From the human T2T-CHM13v2.0 reference genome, Homo sapiens: 64,000 nt of DNA. This document shows positions 28,551 to 46,398 of this stretch, one piece after another. The DNA lies in the NCBI RefSeq assembly GCF_009914755.1, contig NC_060925.1, one strand, 5' to 3'. Both the position numbers and the translations under genes were made by a program. The notes under the pieces were generated by a model, which worked only from the letters and a program-made list of their open reading frames with translations, had not been told where the DNA came from and made no database searches. The first letter of the stretch is position 1; each line of letters starts with the position of its first letter.

Positions 28551-28647
28551 AACTTATTGATCATCTATGTGCTAGGCATATTCTCTGTTTGTATATATTG
28601 GAACATGAACCTTCCAGGTCCTTGAAAATGTGGTGGGTACTAAATGA

Positions 28648-29394
<747 letters not shown>

Positions 29395-29665
29395 CTACTT
29401 TTCTTAAACCTCAAACTTTGCTCATCTCTTTGACCCTTAGTCTCTACAGAGGATCTGTTCTCCTACTCTCCAAAATTGTTCAAGATCATCTGATGAGTGG
29501 CCTCAATTTATTTTCAGATGTGCATGTGCTTTACTTGGGGTTTTGTTTTGTTTTGGTTTTTAGTTCAGTTTTTTTTTATTGGGGTTCAAATATGAGACAG
29601 TCTTGGGGAACCTAGTAGGGAAAATCTGAAAGCAAATACAGTGCCATACTGAGAATTGTACAATA

Positions 29666-29715
<50 letters not shown>
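29666..29715. repeat. (TG)n(TA)n compound microsatellite
   Basis: TGTGTGTGTGTGTGTG followed by a long TA run. Confidence 0.95.
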
Positions 29716-29720
<5 letters not shown>

Positions 29721-30802
29721 AACAATACAGAAACTTCATTCTGCTATCACAAAGCCTTCAAAGAAATGACGATTGATGCCTTAGTGAGGTTCACTAGAAG
29801 GGAAAAAGTTGGCAGATGTTTCCCACAGAAGGAAAAGCATGAGCAAAATTCTGGAGACTTGCCATAGCTTCTTATGCTTCTGGAGGCAGTATGGCTTCAG
29901 GGTTTGGATGTCAGCAATCCCTGAAACCATGTTTCACAAGTCTCCAGATACCAATTTTTTCATTAATAAAGTATAATAATTCATATCTCATGGGGCTGTT
30001 AAACAAGAACATAAAGTACTCAGCTGTATGGTAAGAGCTCAACAAAGCTTAGCCATCATTATTATTACTAGCCTGGCATGAATGAAGTTAAGGAATGGTG
30101 GTGGGTGATGAGTGTGGGAGAAATCAGAGGTTACATCATAAAAGGCTTTGATGGCCACATTAGGAGTATGGATCTTATCTCCTAAAGGTATTGCAAAGCT
30201 TCTTAAATGGCTCTGTCATGGTGCGATTAAATTTATGTCTTGGAAAGGTCACATTGGTCATGGTATGCACATGTGGTTTTTGCCTATTCAGTTAAAAGCT
30301 CCTTAAAGCTTTTTATGCCACCACAGTCTTATGCACCTAAGAGGCTACATTATTTGCCAATTTGTTGTTGTTGAATTATCTATTTCAGAACTACTCTGAA
30401 TTATTAGGTTGAGATTGAATGAGAGGAGCAGGACTGGAAGTGGAGAGGACATTTAGAAAGTTTCCTCGGTAATCCAGACAGTAGATGGTGGTGACCTCAA
30501 CAATTGCCCAGTTACCTTCAGGACAAAGTCCAAGTTCCTTATAATGGTATACAAAGCTGGCACAATCAGACCCCTATTCTCAAAACAGCTTACCTCTCAC
30601 TTGTCTTCTCACTTGCTCCAATTATGTACAATTATTTAAAGTTTTTGAAATACTCCTTTCCCTGTGTCTTCCCTCCATAGTTTCTCCTTCTGTATAGAAT
30701 ATTTCCTTTCCCTATCCACTTTCTACCTATTTATTCTACCTCCTATTCATCCTTCAAAGCTCAGCTCAGATTTCACTTCCTCTAGGAAACCTTCAATGGC
30801 AT

Positions 30803-31206
30803 TATCTTAGTCTTTTTGGGCTGCTATAACAAAACACCATAAACTGGGTGGCTTATAAACAACGGAAATGTATTTCTCACAGTTTTGGAGGCTGGGAAGT
30901 CCTAGATCAAATCACTGACAGGTCCAATGTCTGGTGAAGGTTCACACTCTGGCTCATAACGGTGCATTCCCACTATATCCTCACATGGTAGAATGGGCTA
31001 ACTAGCTCTCTGAGGTCTCTTTTACAAGCGTATTAATCCCATTTATGAGGGCTCCATCTCCAATGTCTATGATTTAATCACCTCCTAATGGCTCCACCTC
31101 ATAATACTTCTGGAGGCAGAAGTATTAACCTTAAGGGTTAAGATTTCAACATATAAACTGGTGGGGGAGGGAGGTGGGGATGGGACACAAACATTCAGAC
31201 CACAGC
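30803..31206 (-). mobile_element. MLT1A-type MaLR solo LTR
   Basis: Minus strand starts TGCTGTGGTCTGAATGTTTGTGTCCC and ends TTGTTATAGCAGCCCAAAAAGACTAAGA. Confidence 0.85.
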
Positions 31207-31644
31207 AGACAACTTGCTCTTTTAATGTGGAATGGATGACCCTCCAATATTTCCCCAGAGCACCCCATGCTCTTCTATCAGGGAACTTATTAAAATCATG
31301 TAACATGTTTCTTGGTGACAAGATTTAGGTCTTTTGTTTCTGTAACACATGCCAGATACTTAGCCCGGTATCTGGCATGTGGCATGCCCAGTAAATGTTT
31401 GCCGAATAAGTGAATCCATGTCTCTTGCTTGCCGCTATTTGCCCACTGAATCCATGAAGTGAGTTTTCATAATGGATACCACTGAAAATTCAACCCTGAA
31501 AAGAATGTCTTCGGTTGTGGGCCCATAAAGTCTTAGAAATAGTGAAGCTCCTACTGTCAGTCCTTGAAAGGGAACAGGACAGCTGCTGTATGCCTTGAGA
31601 ATGGGCAAAAGACAAGCGACAAAAAGAGCACCGAAGGCACCTAC

Positions 31645-31820
31645 TTGTCCCTCTGGGCCAGGGCCTCAGTGTATTGGTCGGGCTTGACCTGGTCTCCTGG
31701 TACATCTTCCCAGTTTTTGGTGACTCCCTTCAGTTTCTCTGAGAGCTCCAGGTTACACTCCTTCTCTGCTTCCACCAGAGCTGCCATCCGCGCAGCTTCA
31801 TTCTTTGCTAGCCTGGATTC
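31645..31820 (-). pseudogene. PDE4DIP: PDE4DIP (myomegalin) paralogue exon, 176 nt; read-through of the donor gives a stop (TAG at 31643-31641)
   Basis: Acceptor CTTTTTCCAG|; encodes ESRLAKNEAARMAALVEAEKECNLELSEKLKGVTKNWEDVPGDQVKPDQYTEALAQRDK; donor AA|GTAGGT. Confidence 0.92.
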
Positions 31821-32009
31821 CTGGAAAAAGAACAAAAACTGAGAGGCTGCAAAATTTCTACCTAGATTAGGAGCCCTAAGACCCAGGAACATTGATGAAT
31901 TTCAGAGGGAAAGTAGAGACGGAAAAGGTGAATGCCAGAAGGCAGAGCAGTAGGAAAAGGAGTGTTAATAAAAGAGAACCCGTACCTATGGACTTTGGGA
32001 ACTCCTCAC

Positions 32010-32133
32010 CTCCTGCAGAAGCTGCATCTTATTCTCCAAGAGCTCATAAACATGCTCCGTCTCCTGCTGTCGCTCCTCAAACTGGCGTCGGAGCTCAGCT
32101 TCATTCTGACTGTTGAGATTCTCCACATCAGCC
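32010..32133 (-). pseudogene. PDE4DIP: PDE4DIP paralogue exon, 124 nt
   Basis: Acceptor GGTTTTAG|; encodes (W)ADVENLNSQNEAELRRQFEERQQETEHVYELLENKMQLLQE; donor GAG|GTGAGG; phases fit both neighbouring exons. Confidence 0.92.
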
Positions 32134-32199
32134 CTAAAACCACAGAGCATTAGCCAATCAGAGCCAGACATACAGTTTAGCAAGTGGAACCATTAAGGT

Positions 32200-33765
<1,566 letters not shown>

Positions 33766-34662
33766 TATTTTTAATAATTTTAGTAATACTTGTCATTTAA
33801 CACTAAGCTTTTAAAAAACTGTAAATTACAAAAGTAACCATTTTAGCAATATAAATATATATAAAGAAAAATATCAAGTCTTCTCCCTATCACGGACTGT
33901 GATCTCACTCTTCCTCAATATACTATAATTATCACTCAGCAACTTTCCCCCCTTACTTTAATCAAGGAATTCCCACTAGGACAATAATATAGAGCTAACT
34001 CATTCTTCAATAACTGCATAATAGTCCACAGTGTAGTAATACCAAAATTTATTCAATCAATGCCCTATTGATGGATAATTGTTTCTAGTTTTTTGCCATT
34101 ACAACTAATGATGCAATAAACATCCTTATACATTTATCCTTTCACACTAACGCTTTTATTTATAAGAAACAGATTCCTTCTCGGGATTGTTTGATCAAAG
34201 GAAATCCTCCTTTTTTACTATAATAGGTAGCATCCCATACTAAAAATGTTGTCACAATTTACACTCACTGGTAGTGTATGAGAGTGCCCATTTTCCCCAA
34301 ACGTTATCTCAGCTCTTGATGTTATTATAGGCTGACTGATACTTTTTGATAAAGCTTATTTGCATTTGTCTCTACTGAAAGTGGAAACATTCACTGTTTC
34401 AATTTAGTTGATTGCTGACTAATAGGAAGTTTGCAATCTTAGGTCTGGTGGATTTACCAACTTATGACAAGGTCCATCTGACCTAGTAATAGAGAGAGAG
34501 CCCAAGGGAAACACAGCATATGAAAATCTATTGTTTCAGTTCCTGAATCAGACACAGGATTCAAATGCCACAGATAGGTTAAGGAATTTGGTTCCAAATC
34601 TATTGCTCTCAGATTAGTAAGACAGACTCTGGAAAGGACCAGAGCTTAAAATTACAACTTAC

Positions 34663-34739
34663 CATGTTTTATCCAGATGCTGTTTCTTGTCCTGGAGTTC
34701 TCGTTTCAAGCTCTCCACTTCAACCTTCAGCTCAGTGTT
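34663..34739 (-). pseudogene. PDE4DIP: PDE4DIP paralogue exon, 77 nt
   Basis: Acceptor GTGTTTTTCAG|; encodes NTELKVEVESLKRELQDKKQHLDKT(W); donor TG|GTAAGT. Coiled-coil segment following the CM1 motif. Confidence 0.92.
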
Positions 34740-35456
34740 CTGAAAAACACACAGGCATTAATCGTTATTAACTGCCACAGACACTCTTTCCTGGATCCAG
34801 GTTCCTATTTGAGTCTTGCCTTGGTCCACAGCCTCTCACCTCATCTCTGCCCTCTTTGTGACCCTTGACATAATTAGGGATTTAGTTGGATCAGCAATCT
34901 AGTCAAGGAAGAATAAACTGTACAGCTTCAGGGTTTCCCCTGAGCTACTTATCAATTTTCCCAACCTATTTATCATTACCCCTGGATCATGAACACTGCT
35001 TAAGTCTATTCGTTCTCTAAACCATTGCAGGACAGAGTATATATTAAAATAAATTTTTCCTATCTAATACAGGTTGTTCCTGAAAACGAAATTGCTGGAA
35101 TAATACTTTTAATAGAATTATAGTAATAGAACAATACTTTTAAATGTCTGGGGATTTAATTATTTAAAGAAATTTGGTTGTAAACATTTTTAAAAACAAT
35201 GCTTTTATCATAAAATTGGAATTTTATAAATTAGGTTTGCTTAAGGTGAGAGGGGACTCTGATGGTAAAGTTATACAGGGAACAATTAATTTTTATTGAG
35301 GTGAGGATGCAACAAGTAAGATTTGGGGAAACAGAAATAAGGAAATAAAAACATCCCAAGTGTGTCTGGTGCAGGTTAAGTGGCTTAGTGTGTGGTAAGG
35401 AGTATAGAAAATAGTTTGCAACTAGTTTGTGAAAATCCTGCTAAGACAACTAGATA

Positions 35457-35788
<332 letters not shown>

Positions 35789-36767
35789 TCAAAGACTTAT
35801 CAGGGAGCTTTAAGCAAAGTATTGGCATGATCGGGTCCATGTTGAAGAAGGAATTATGAAGAAGGTGGGTGGGTCAGGGGCAACTAACCAGAATAGGGAG
35901 GGGGACTGTCTAAGGACAAGAGGTACAGGGAGAAAGACTCAAAAGCCATTTCAGAGACAGAAGCCACAGGCCTTGATGACTTGTGAGATTCAGATTAGAC
36001 TGGAGGGAGGACCAAAGACAATGCTGAAATTTCCAGCATGTCAGTGAGAATGCATTCTATTAACTAAAATAGGGGCAGGTTTGTAGGGGAACCTAAGGAG
36101 GTTTCTGCAAAATGTTAATTGAGGGATTACTTTATTTCAGCTTAAACGTTAGCATGCAAAGATGGATTAGTCCCTTCCCTGATGAAGTCCATAATACAGT
36201 ATTAGGCAAGAAGAATGTTATTTAGTAAAGAAGTCTTTAGATCAGAGGTTGACAGAGAGACTGAAGGTAAAGTAGCTAAAGTATGAAAAGTAGTATTGTG
36301 GGTACTAGAACAGTAGGGAGGATTTTACTTTACTATCGCCATATAATAACCACCAACACCTAGACTTCTAGAAGTCCAAGGCAACACACAATAGCAGCAT
36401 ATTTTCTACCATACTTGTGAAGGCATTTCATAACCCATGTTTCCATGCAGGGTGGTCGAAACACAAATACTAATTGGGAAAAGTAGAAACCTGGTTTAGA
36501 TATTTGAGAGTTACTTAGAATTAAAGAATTTTAGAGCTGGAAGGCAGTTGGACTCAAGGCATTTTAGATCATATTACTAGTACTTTTTTGTGACATACTG
36601 AGAAGAATGTTTATTCCCCTCATAAGTAGGTACCTTTTGACCAAGGTTAGAACATAGATTCAGATCCAGTGAGATGAAAATATCCTAATTTCTTCAAAAG
36701 AAGGGAATGATAGCCCTGTCTTTTCAGGATATCCTTTAAAGTTATTATTTTATGAACACTAAATAGC

Positions 36768-36952
36768 ATTACCAGATTTAGCAAATAAAAATATAAGATA
36801 TCTACTTCAATTTAAATTTCAGATAAACAACAAATAATTTGTTTCATTAGAAGTATATCCTTTGCAATATTTGAGACATAAACGCTAAAACATTGTTTGT
36901 TGTTTATCTGAAATTTAAATTGAACTGAGTACCCTGTATTTTATTCTGCAAT
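36768..36952. mobile_element. MER53 palindromic DNA-transposon (MITE)
   Basis: CCAGATTTAGCAAATAAAAAT...AATTTAAATTTCAGATAAACAACAAA / TTTGTTGTTTATCTGAAATTTAAATT...TATTTTATTCTGCAA is a long imperfect inverted repeat matching recalled MER53. Confidence 0.85.
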
Positions 36953-38019
36953 ACAAATACCAAAAGATTAACAAATGGAAACACGCATATTTCAATTTTG
37001 TATGAAGAACAAGTCTAAGATCTCTATATCAGTTCCATGGCCTGGCACTGCAAGAATAATTCATCTGTACCAATTGATGAATCAGTAAAATAGAAGATTT
37101 GCTAAACAGTTGCTATGTCCCCAGCTTTGTGGTCAATACTTAAAGGAATTCAAATGTCTTCATAAAAAATGGTCCCTAAGCTACTGGCCCTTCATAGAGG
37201 TGAAGGAATATGCATTCAATTATGTGGGAAATGCAAAGAGGGAGCAATTTCCTAATCTGTAATAGGCAGATAATTGTATTTTCCTCATTCATAAACCTAC
37301 CTGAGAGGATCGTGAGGCATAAATAAATCAATACATGTAAAGGACTTAGGACAGTGTTTCTAACACAGGTATAACTATAATTTTAATTATAATAATATTA
37401 TTATCACCATCATCATCAAGAACAACAGCATTATCATTTGGAACAGCAGTTTGCTTTCCATGAGACCATAATATTTCAAGTGGATTCAGTGTTCAGGATA
37501 TGGTGCTGAGAAAGAGGACTCCTAAGTTTATTATTATTTCTGCCACCAATTGATTCACTTCTGTGACCTTGGGTAAAATTCTGCTAAGGCTTCTCCACCT
37601 GGAAAATGACAAAGAGTGGGCAAAAAGCTATTTAAATCTCATATGAAAGAAAATGGAATCTATAATTATGAAGTGTTATTATCAATGATCTTCCTATGCC
37701 TGGCTAATTTATATAAATCAGAAAAGTCTGGATATGCTAAACCACCTCAGATAAGCCAAAACTGCTTGAGCAGATTTTTTAAAAATCTCATATCTAAAAA
37801 TACGTGAGGTCTCAAATGACTGGAGCTATATGGATGTCCTCTGCCTAGTTCTTAGTCTCATGATGTGACATAGGGAATCTCTATCAGGTATAAACTGATC
37901 AACAGAAAGTTCCCTGAAAAGTCCCTTACTATTAATACTATTTTTGCATGAGGAATCTTTGAATATTCAAATAAAAATAAACAAACAACAGGGAAAGTGG
38001 GAGGCACTATGAAACCAAC

Positions 38020-38232
38020 CTAAAGCCAGACAGAATTAGGTTCAAATTCTGGCTCTATCACTTTCCTGCTAGGTGACCTTGGGCAGGTTAACTAATCACT
38101 ATGAGCCTCAGTTTTCTTATAAGTATAGTGTGGTTGCTTTGCTTTTTAATGAAGATAAGTATTCACGAGGGATTCTGTGAGGATTGAATGAGACAATGTG
38201 CATGATAAGCATAGAACAATGCCTTGCACACA
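38020..38232 (+). mobile_element. MIR
   Basis: Core GGTTCAAATTCTGGCTCTATCACTTTCCTGCTAGGTGACCTTGGGCAGGTTAACT...GAGCCTCAGTTTTCTT. Confidence 0.8.
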
Positions 38233-38674
38233 GCTGTGCAACAACCTTGATTCACTTTCACTTCATGTCCAGGCTAACTAGTGCCAGTCAGAGACCTCAG
38301 CCTTACCAGGAAAAATACTTAGATCTAAAAGGAAGAAAAACAGAGGACATAAATTAGTACGTTCTATCTGTTCTAAATCCTACTGAAGAAAATGAAGTCA
38401 ATGCTTTGACCAATTTGGCCAAAGATTCACAGATTTGAAGACCTCAGCATTTCTGTGTTCTAGTTCTCTTAGTTTAAAGACAAGGAAATTGAAATCCAGA
38501 AGGGTTACCTCCAAGGTAAAAGCCGTAACTGAAACCAACACTCCACTCTTGCTTTAGCCTTTTATCAGAGAGACCAGCTTAGCAAACACTGCCCAGTTTT
38601 GTCTGATTTTGTAGAATGTGGTAAATTATAGAATTAGAGAATGTGCTGCATTTAGTCTTGAAAGAATATATGGA

Positions 38675-38900
38675 GGCAGTAAGTATAGTGGTCAAGAGCA
38701 TAGGCTCTGAAGGCGAGAAGGGGGCTTGACAAGTCACCTGCCCTCTCTAAGAGCCTCATTCACCTCATCTATCAAGGAGATAACAATGATACCAATCTAC
38801 AAAGGATGTTAGGGAGACTAAATGAAATTATGCACAAAAATCACATCGCACAGTGCCTGGCATGCAGTCAGTATTCAGAAAATGATAACTATTATTAACT
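38675..38900 (+). mobile_element. MIR
   Basis: GGCAGTAAGTATAGTGGTCAAGAGCATAGGCTCTG...GCCTCATTCACCTCATCTATCAA...CACAGTGCCTGGCATGCAG. Confidence 0.75.
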
Positions 38901-40157
38901 ATAAAAACAATAACAATTTACCCTCTCTAACTAGGATAGCTGAAATCCAGAAGGGTTTTCAAGGTAAAAGCAATAATCTTACATCAAAGTCTAACCTTCT
39001 TGCACCTTCTTTCTGTAGAAAAATCATCATATAGCTTATCACATTTATTCATTCTCCATTACTAAATATTCATGTGTAAATTGTTAAATTCTTTTATAGC
39101 ATCAGTAGATTCCAAATTAACTGCATTTGCTTATTTTATCACCAAGTCTTCTTGGCTCTTTGTCAAGATATCTAAGGAAATTTATGTACTCAAGAAAGGG
39201 GAGATGGGAAGAAAGCACTTCTCTTTCTTCATGCCTCCAAAGGAGTGTTCGCCCATCTAACTCAAGAAAAAGTTTCAATGATGAAGCTGAAATTAAACTT
39301 CTATTAGGTATTTCTTCCTTCTCCCCAGGACTGGAGTACATGAATAGTCTCATATCTGGTTTCCCCAACCTCAGTCCCTCTACTACTTAAATTTTTCCTA
39401 AAGCATAGCTCTGGTTATTTCATTCCGTCTGTTCAAAAAGCATTTAATATGTGATGCAGGTCCAGCTAAAGAAGAAAAAGGAAAGAAAGAAAAAACCTTT
39501 TAACGATTTTTAACTGTACAGCGATTAAATTATACACAACTGGCCTGATAATAGAGTCTATTCAAAATTTGACCTCAATCTACCTCTCCAGCTTTATCTT
39601 CCATTATTATCTGCTAGCCTAACTGGATTTCCCAAACATGCCCTATGCTTCTTGGTGCCACATCATTGTGTGCCCTTCAGCTTCATGGTTAAATGCTCCG
39701 TCCCCTGTGAAGCCTTACTTTATCTCTCCAAATTAAAAGTAATTTCTCATGATGACATTATGAGCTTTCAAATATTCTTTTCATACTGCAACATTGGCAT
39801 CCCGTGTAAATGCTTCATATTTCTACACCTGTCTTATTTACCCTTTTAAATTGCAAACTCCCTAAGGACAGAGGAAATGATGGTGTGGCAGAACTACCCA
39901 GGTGCGCTGGTTATTAAGATACTGCCTCTCAGCGTTGTCATGCTGGGGCAGGAATTTCAGCATAAGTAAACCTAGGTTCACATACCTTTCTGCCACTTCC
40001 TAACTGGGGGACCTTTTTTGTGTAAATTACTTCAACTTTTACAACCTAATTTCCTCATTTATAAAATAGGGGTTGCAAAAATTACCTCAAAGTTTGTAGT
40101 GAGGAATAAATGAATTTATGTAAAGTACCCAGCACAATGTCTGATACAAACAACCGC

Positions 40158-40505
<348 letters not shown>

Positions 40506-40663
40506 TCACCTCTTTGTGCAGTAAAAGCTTTGAAAGAGTGAACCAACAAGAGAACAAAGAAGGAATAGATGACAAGAGGCGGAAGTGGACTAACAATGAT
40601 ATGTTTGTTGAATGAGTGAGAAGGTAATAGATAATGCTGTGAGATTATGTGGAAAACTTTTTA

Positions 40664-41043
<380 letters not shown>

Positions 41044-41047
41044 AAGG

Positions 41048-41658
<611 letters not shown>

Positions 41659-43466
41659 GACTTTTTCAGTTTTAAGCTAAGAATATTCTCTAATAGGTAT
41701 ATTATTGACCCATTGACAATAGAAGATTGAATACACTTTAGGATTCCAGCCTGCTCTTCTACTGCTCATGCTCTCCGTAAGAAGGGCTAAACATCCTACT
41801 CCTGTGCACTACATTGGAGCTCAGAAATACTGACTTAAAATCTCCAGATCTTAACACGGACTTTTAAAGGGAAGATTGAGTATGGACCCAGTATTAGATG
41901 GTATTATGGAATTATTTTTAAGCTTTTTGGGTACAATAATAGTATTGTGGTTATGTTTAAAAACAAAGCCTTCTCTGTGAGAGTTATATTCTGATATCTT
42001 CCCAAATAAAATTATATGATGTCAGAGAGTTGCTGTAAGGGGTGGAAGAGGACAAGATGGAGAACGAACAGTGCAGGGAGATCACTGAAAAGAACAGCAA
42101 AATGTTGGGAACCGTTAAAGCTGAGTGATGGGAACATGGCTCCCTGGTAAATGGGACACATACATCGGGAGGTACTATTTTCGTAGTCTTTGTTTATATT
42201 TGAAAATTTTCAAACTTACATAATGAGAAGTCAAAAGGGGCATTTTCATCCCAAAAAGGTAAATGTCCATATTCTTTTTTATTTTTTCATTTTCATTTCT
42301 GGAATTACCTAAACTCAGGTCATAGATAGCAATGAAAATTCGGCTCCCTGTGGCAGCTTCTTTCAGCCACCAGACTTACATAGACTCAGTGGTGCAGAGT
42401 CCGTTTCCCAATACTGAGGGATAAAGAAAATTAAGCCTGCCTCTAGGCACGTCTCAAACTTGGGAGACTCAGAATACAACAGAGTATGGGATACAGGGAG
42501 GAAAGAAGAGATGCAGAAATAAATTAAAAACAAGATTTGTTTAAAGAGGAACTGCAACTTCTTTAATTGGGCAGATTGAACCAATAAAAGCACAGTTCTC
42601 TCCCTTCACCTGTTATCCTTTAGTCTCTTCAACTTTCACATTGCTTCACTCACTCTCTTCCTCTCCCTTTCACCTGCTCACCTTACCCAACTTGAACTGT
42701 GCCCTCTGATCTGACACAGGATGACAATGACATCAGTCATTACCTAGCAGCCATTTTTTCTGATAACTAGAGTTCTGAGTGATGATAGTTCATGGTGAGA
42801 TAATTTCCAAGACCTCGCTAGCCATTGGTGGTACTACTCTCCATTAAAGACAAGGGCATTTGCTGATTGAGAAATCAATCATACAAGTGTCCTTGGAGGC
42901 CACCAAGGCTTTGCCTGAACTGTTCTCAGCCTATGATGGTTTCTCTTTCTAAACCTGTTCTTCTAGGTTCAGCTCAAACATCCTCTCCTATAGAAACCTT
43001 TCCCCAACCTCCCAGTCAGAACTAATGATTTCTTTTCACTTCAACTGTACTTAGTTTATAATTTATATGACTATAATTTAATAACTGAGACTCTTCTGAT
43101 AGTACAAACAGGTGCTATCATAATTACCTCTGGGCAACAGGCAAAAATCAAGATTGTCCTTAGTAAACCAGGATTCATACCAGGTCATCTGATGTTTACC
43201 TCTAGTATAGCACTCACCTGACTCTGCCTTACATTGCTTATTTAAAATGTCTGCCTCCCCTTCTAGGTTTTATAAAAGTTCTTGGCTCACAGTAACTCTT
43301 AGTATAAGTTTCTGAAATAAACACTTTGTTATCACTTTTGAATTGATGGCTTACATTTTTGTTTTGGCATTTAACTTCACATTTGTGCATTCATGTGTAT
43401 GCATTTCAACTCATCTGCAAGCTTATATCCCTCAAAGTTTGCTGCTGGGCTAAGAGCAGCCACTCA

Positions 43467-43822
<356 letters not shown>

Positions 43823-45283
43823 TAAATAGTTTTTAAAAAATCTTGACAGCATACCAGCATACATTCATTGATAAAATCGACAAGAAAGTATTGGAGATTA
43901 AAGATTGCCAAAACCTAAGTGCTTTTCTTGGCATCATTGTCCTTGACCTCAAGGAGTTCTCAGTGTAATCAGAGTTGTGTTAAGGTCAGTGAGTGAAGGA
44001 AATGGGTACTGCACCTTTGCAAGATAGTAGGAAGCAAGCCAGAGAAGTGCTGGCATTCCACAAAAGAGTCTTTATTTGGGACAAAAATCAATATGACCAA
44101 ATCCCATCCTAATCAATTCTGTAAACTAAAGGAATTTTTAAAAAATAATTTAGCAGGAGGAAGAGTTTCAAAATCTTGTAGGGAAACCCTGATGTAACTC
44201 CTGATTATTCACCCAAAGTGAAAAGTAACTATTAGTGAATGGGTTTTATTTTAAAACCTTTCATTTTTAGAATCTTATCTCTTCTAGGAAAAGTGTAGTA
44301 CATACGAATTTTTTGTATGCAGAGTGAATTTTTCTCCAGGCTTCTCTGACATCAATGGGGCAAGGTCATAACTCTATAAAACAGGGAGAAGCACTGAGCA
44401 TTTTCAGAAAGGACTCTATCTGTCTTGACCAAAAGACAAAGGACTGGTCGTTGCAGGATCCCCAGAAATACATTTTAGTAGTTTCCAAGTGAATTCTTTT
44501 GTAAATGGAGTTTCTCTCCATTCATAAGTTTTAGAGCAAAAATGAAGCCTTAGTGGGTCTAGATATCTGGCTAACATTAACTCCCTGTGTGACCTTAAAC
44601 TGGTCGTCCCCAAAGCTTTATGCTTTTATACAATTAACTTGATTTACAGCCTCTCCTTCTTGCCCATAAGAATGATAATACCACCTGCATTACTCATCTT
44701 TTACGCTTATGTGAGACACCTAGCCACCTATCAGAAGGTATTCAAATGCAAAGCATTAAGTTTTTACACTTTAATGTGAAGTGGAAGAAAGTCTTGATTC
44801 AAATGCACAATCTCTACCTTTCTACTGATTCCACATTTGCTGTCTTTTACTAGTGCAGTTAAGTCCCAAATTAGAAACATAAGTCGCCCCAACATGTGAC
44901 AAATGTCCTTTGTTGCCAGAGAAAGGACAGTGGGGCTGTGTCCTCAGCCTTAGCAACCAGAAGATTCTGCAAGACCAGGACATTCTCCTGCCAGAGCCTG
45001 CTTTAGTGTCCAGTCCTGTTCTCCAAAGAGATGGAAAAAACCAAGTGGAAAAGTTTCAGTTTATTCAATATAAGGCTCCACATTCAAATGGCAAAACTGC
45101 TCTGTTCAGGTCATATTTCAAGCCCAACCTATGTCAGTCCTTAGTAAAAGCTTCAAAGCAATACCAGTCCTTTCCCAGCCTGGTTTACCTTGATTAGACA
45201 AACACAGACACCCATGTCTGAGTAAGCACTGAGACCATGGATGAGTGCTAAGGAGATTAGGTGTTTGGATAGACACAGCTAGG

Positions 45284-45287
45284 GTGT

Positions 45288-45329
<42 letters not shown>

Positions 45330-45360
45330 AGAGAGAGAGACAGAGGCAAAGACAGAGACA
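45284..45360. repeat. (TG)n(AG)n microsatellite
   Basis: About 20 TG units followed by AG and AGAC units. Confidence 0.95.
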
Positions 45361-46398
45361 GTGCTCATTGGGCAGAGGACAGAGTAGCTGAGATAGTATC
45401 ATTTGTTTATTCATTTGCTTTTTCATAAAATACTTAGTAAGCACCTACTTGGTATGTGCCAACACTTTAATAGGTACTAGAAAGAGCAAAACAGACAGAA
45501 TCACAGTCTTCAGAGAATTTACAGCCTATGGGGTTAATTAAACCAATGATTATCATAGCATGTAACAAACAAAAGAGAACCGAGAATCAGCTGTATGGAA
45601 ATGCACACAGGTGGCAGATATAAATAGCAGCAGATACACGAATCAGTGCGGGTCCATCATATAACTCCTAGCTTTAGTCTCTAAACTTAGGCTCCCACTC
45701 AACTCAACTCCTACTCTAACTCAAGATATACCATACCTTGGTTTGCTCTTTCTCTAAGCATCGCTGTTCTAGTCTTCTAAGGAGCAGGAATATAAATCTA
45801 CATCTATGTGAAACTACAGCACCCCCAAGGGAAAATAAAGAATCCAGTGCTATTCTAGTAATTTTAGGGCAGTAGTACAGTACAATGCAAAGTATAGGCT
45901 TTTGAACTAAATTGGCCTGGGTTCAAATATGAGCCCTCTCACATTCTATTAGGTTGAACCATATAAAAATGGAGATATTCAATCATTTTTTTACAGTTTC
46001 ACGTAGTTCATCTCTGTATTCTAGTGGTAAATCATTTTAACCTAAGTTTCATTTCCTTCTGTTGTTAGTTTTTTTAATGGTGCTAATACCCCTACCTTTC
46101 AGGGTTGTAAATGAAAAGATGTTAAAAAAAAATACCTGACATATAGTGGGTGTTCAATAAATGTTAGTTTTCCCAAAGATAGTCAGATGCATGAATCATA
46201 ATAAGAGGTATTTCTGGTCAACACTAAGCTTAAGAATCCAAGAAAAGATATATCAAAATGAGACATCTTTGGGTTTGGATAGTGGGGGAGGCTGTATATA
46301 CACAGGTATGTATGTAGGGGCAGGGAGTAAATGGGAAATCTCTGGCTCTTCTGCTTAACTTTGCCGTGAGCTTAAAACTGCTCTAAAAAACAAAATCT

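Noticed and set aside
36768-36952. Long hairpin as a novel miRNA precursor
   Set aside because: Fully explained by the palindromic MER53 element; no expression evidence is available from sequence.
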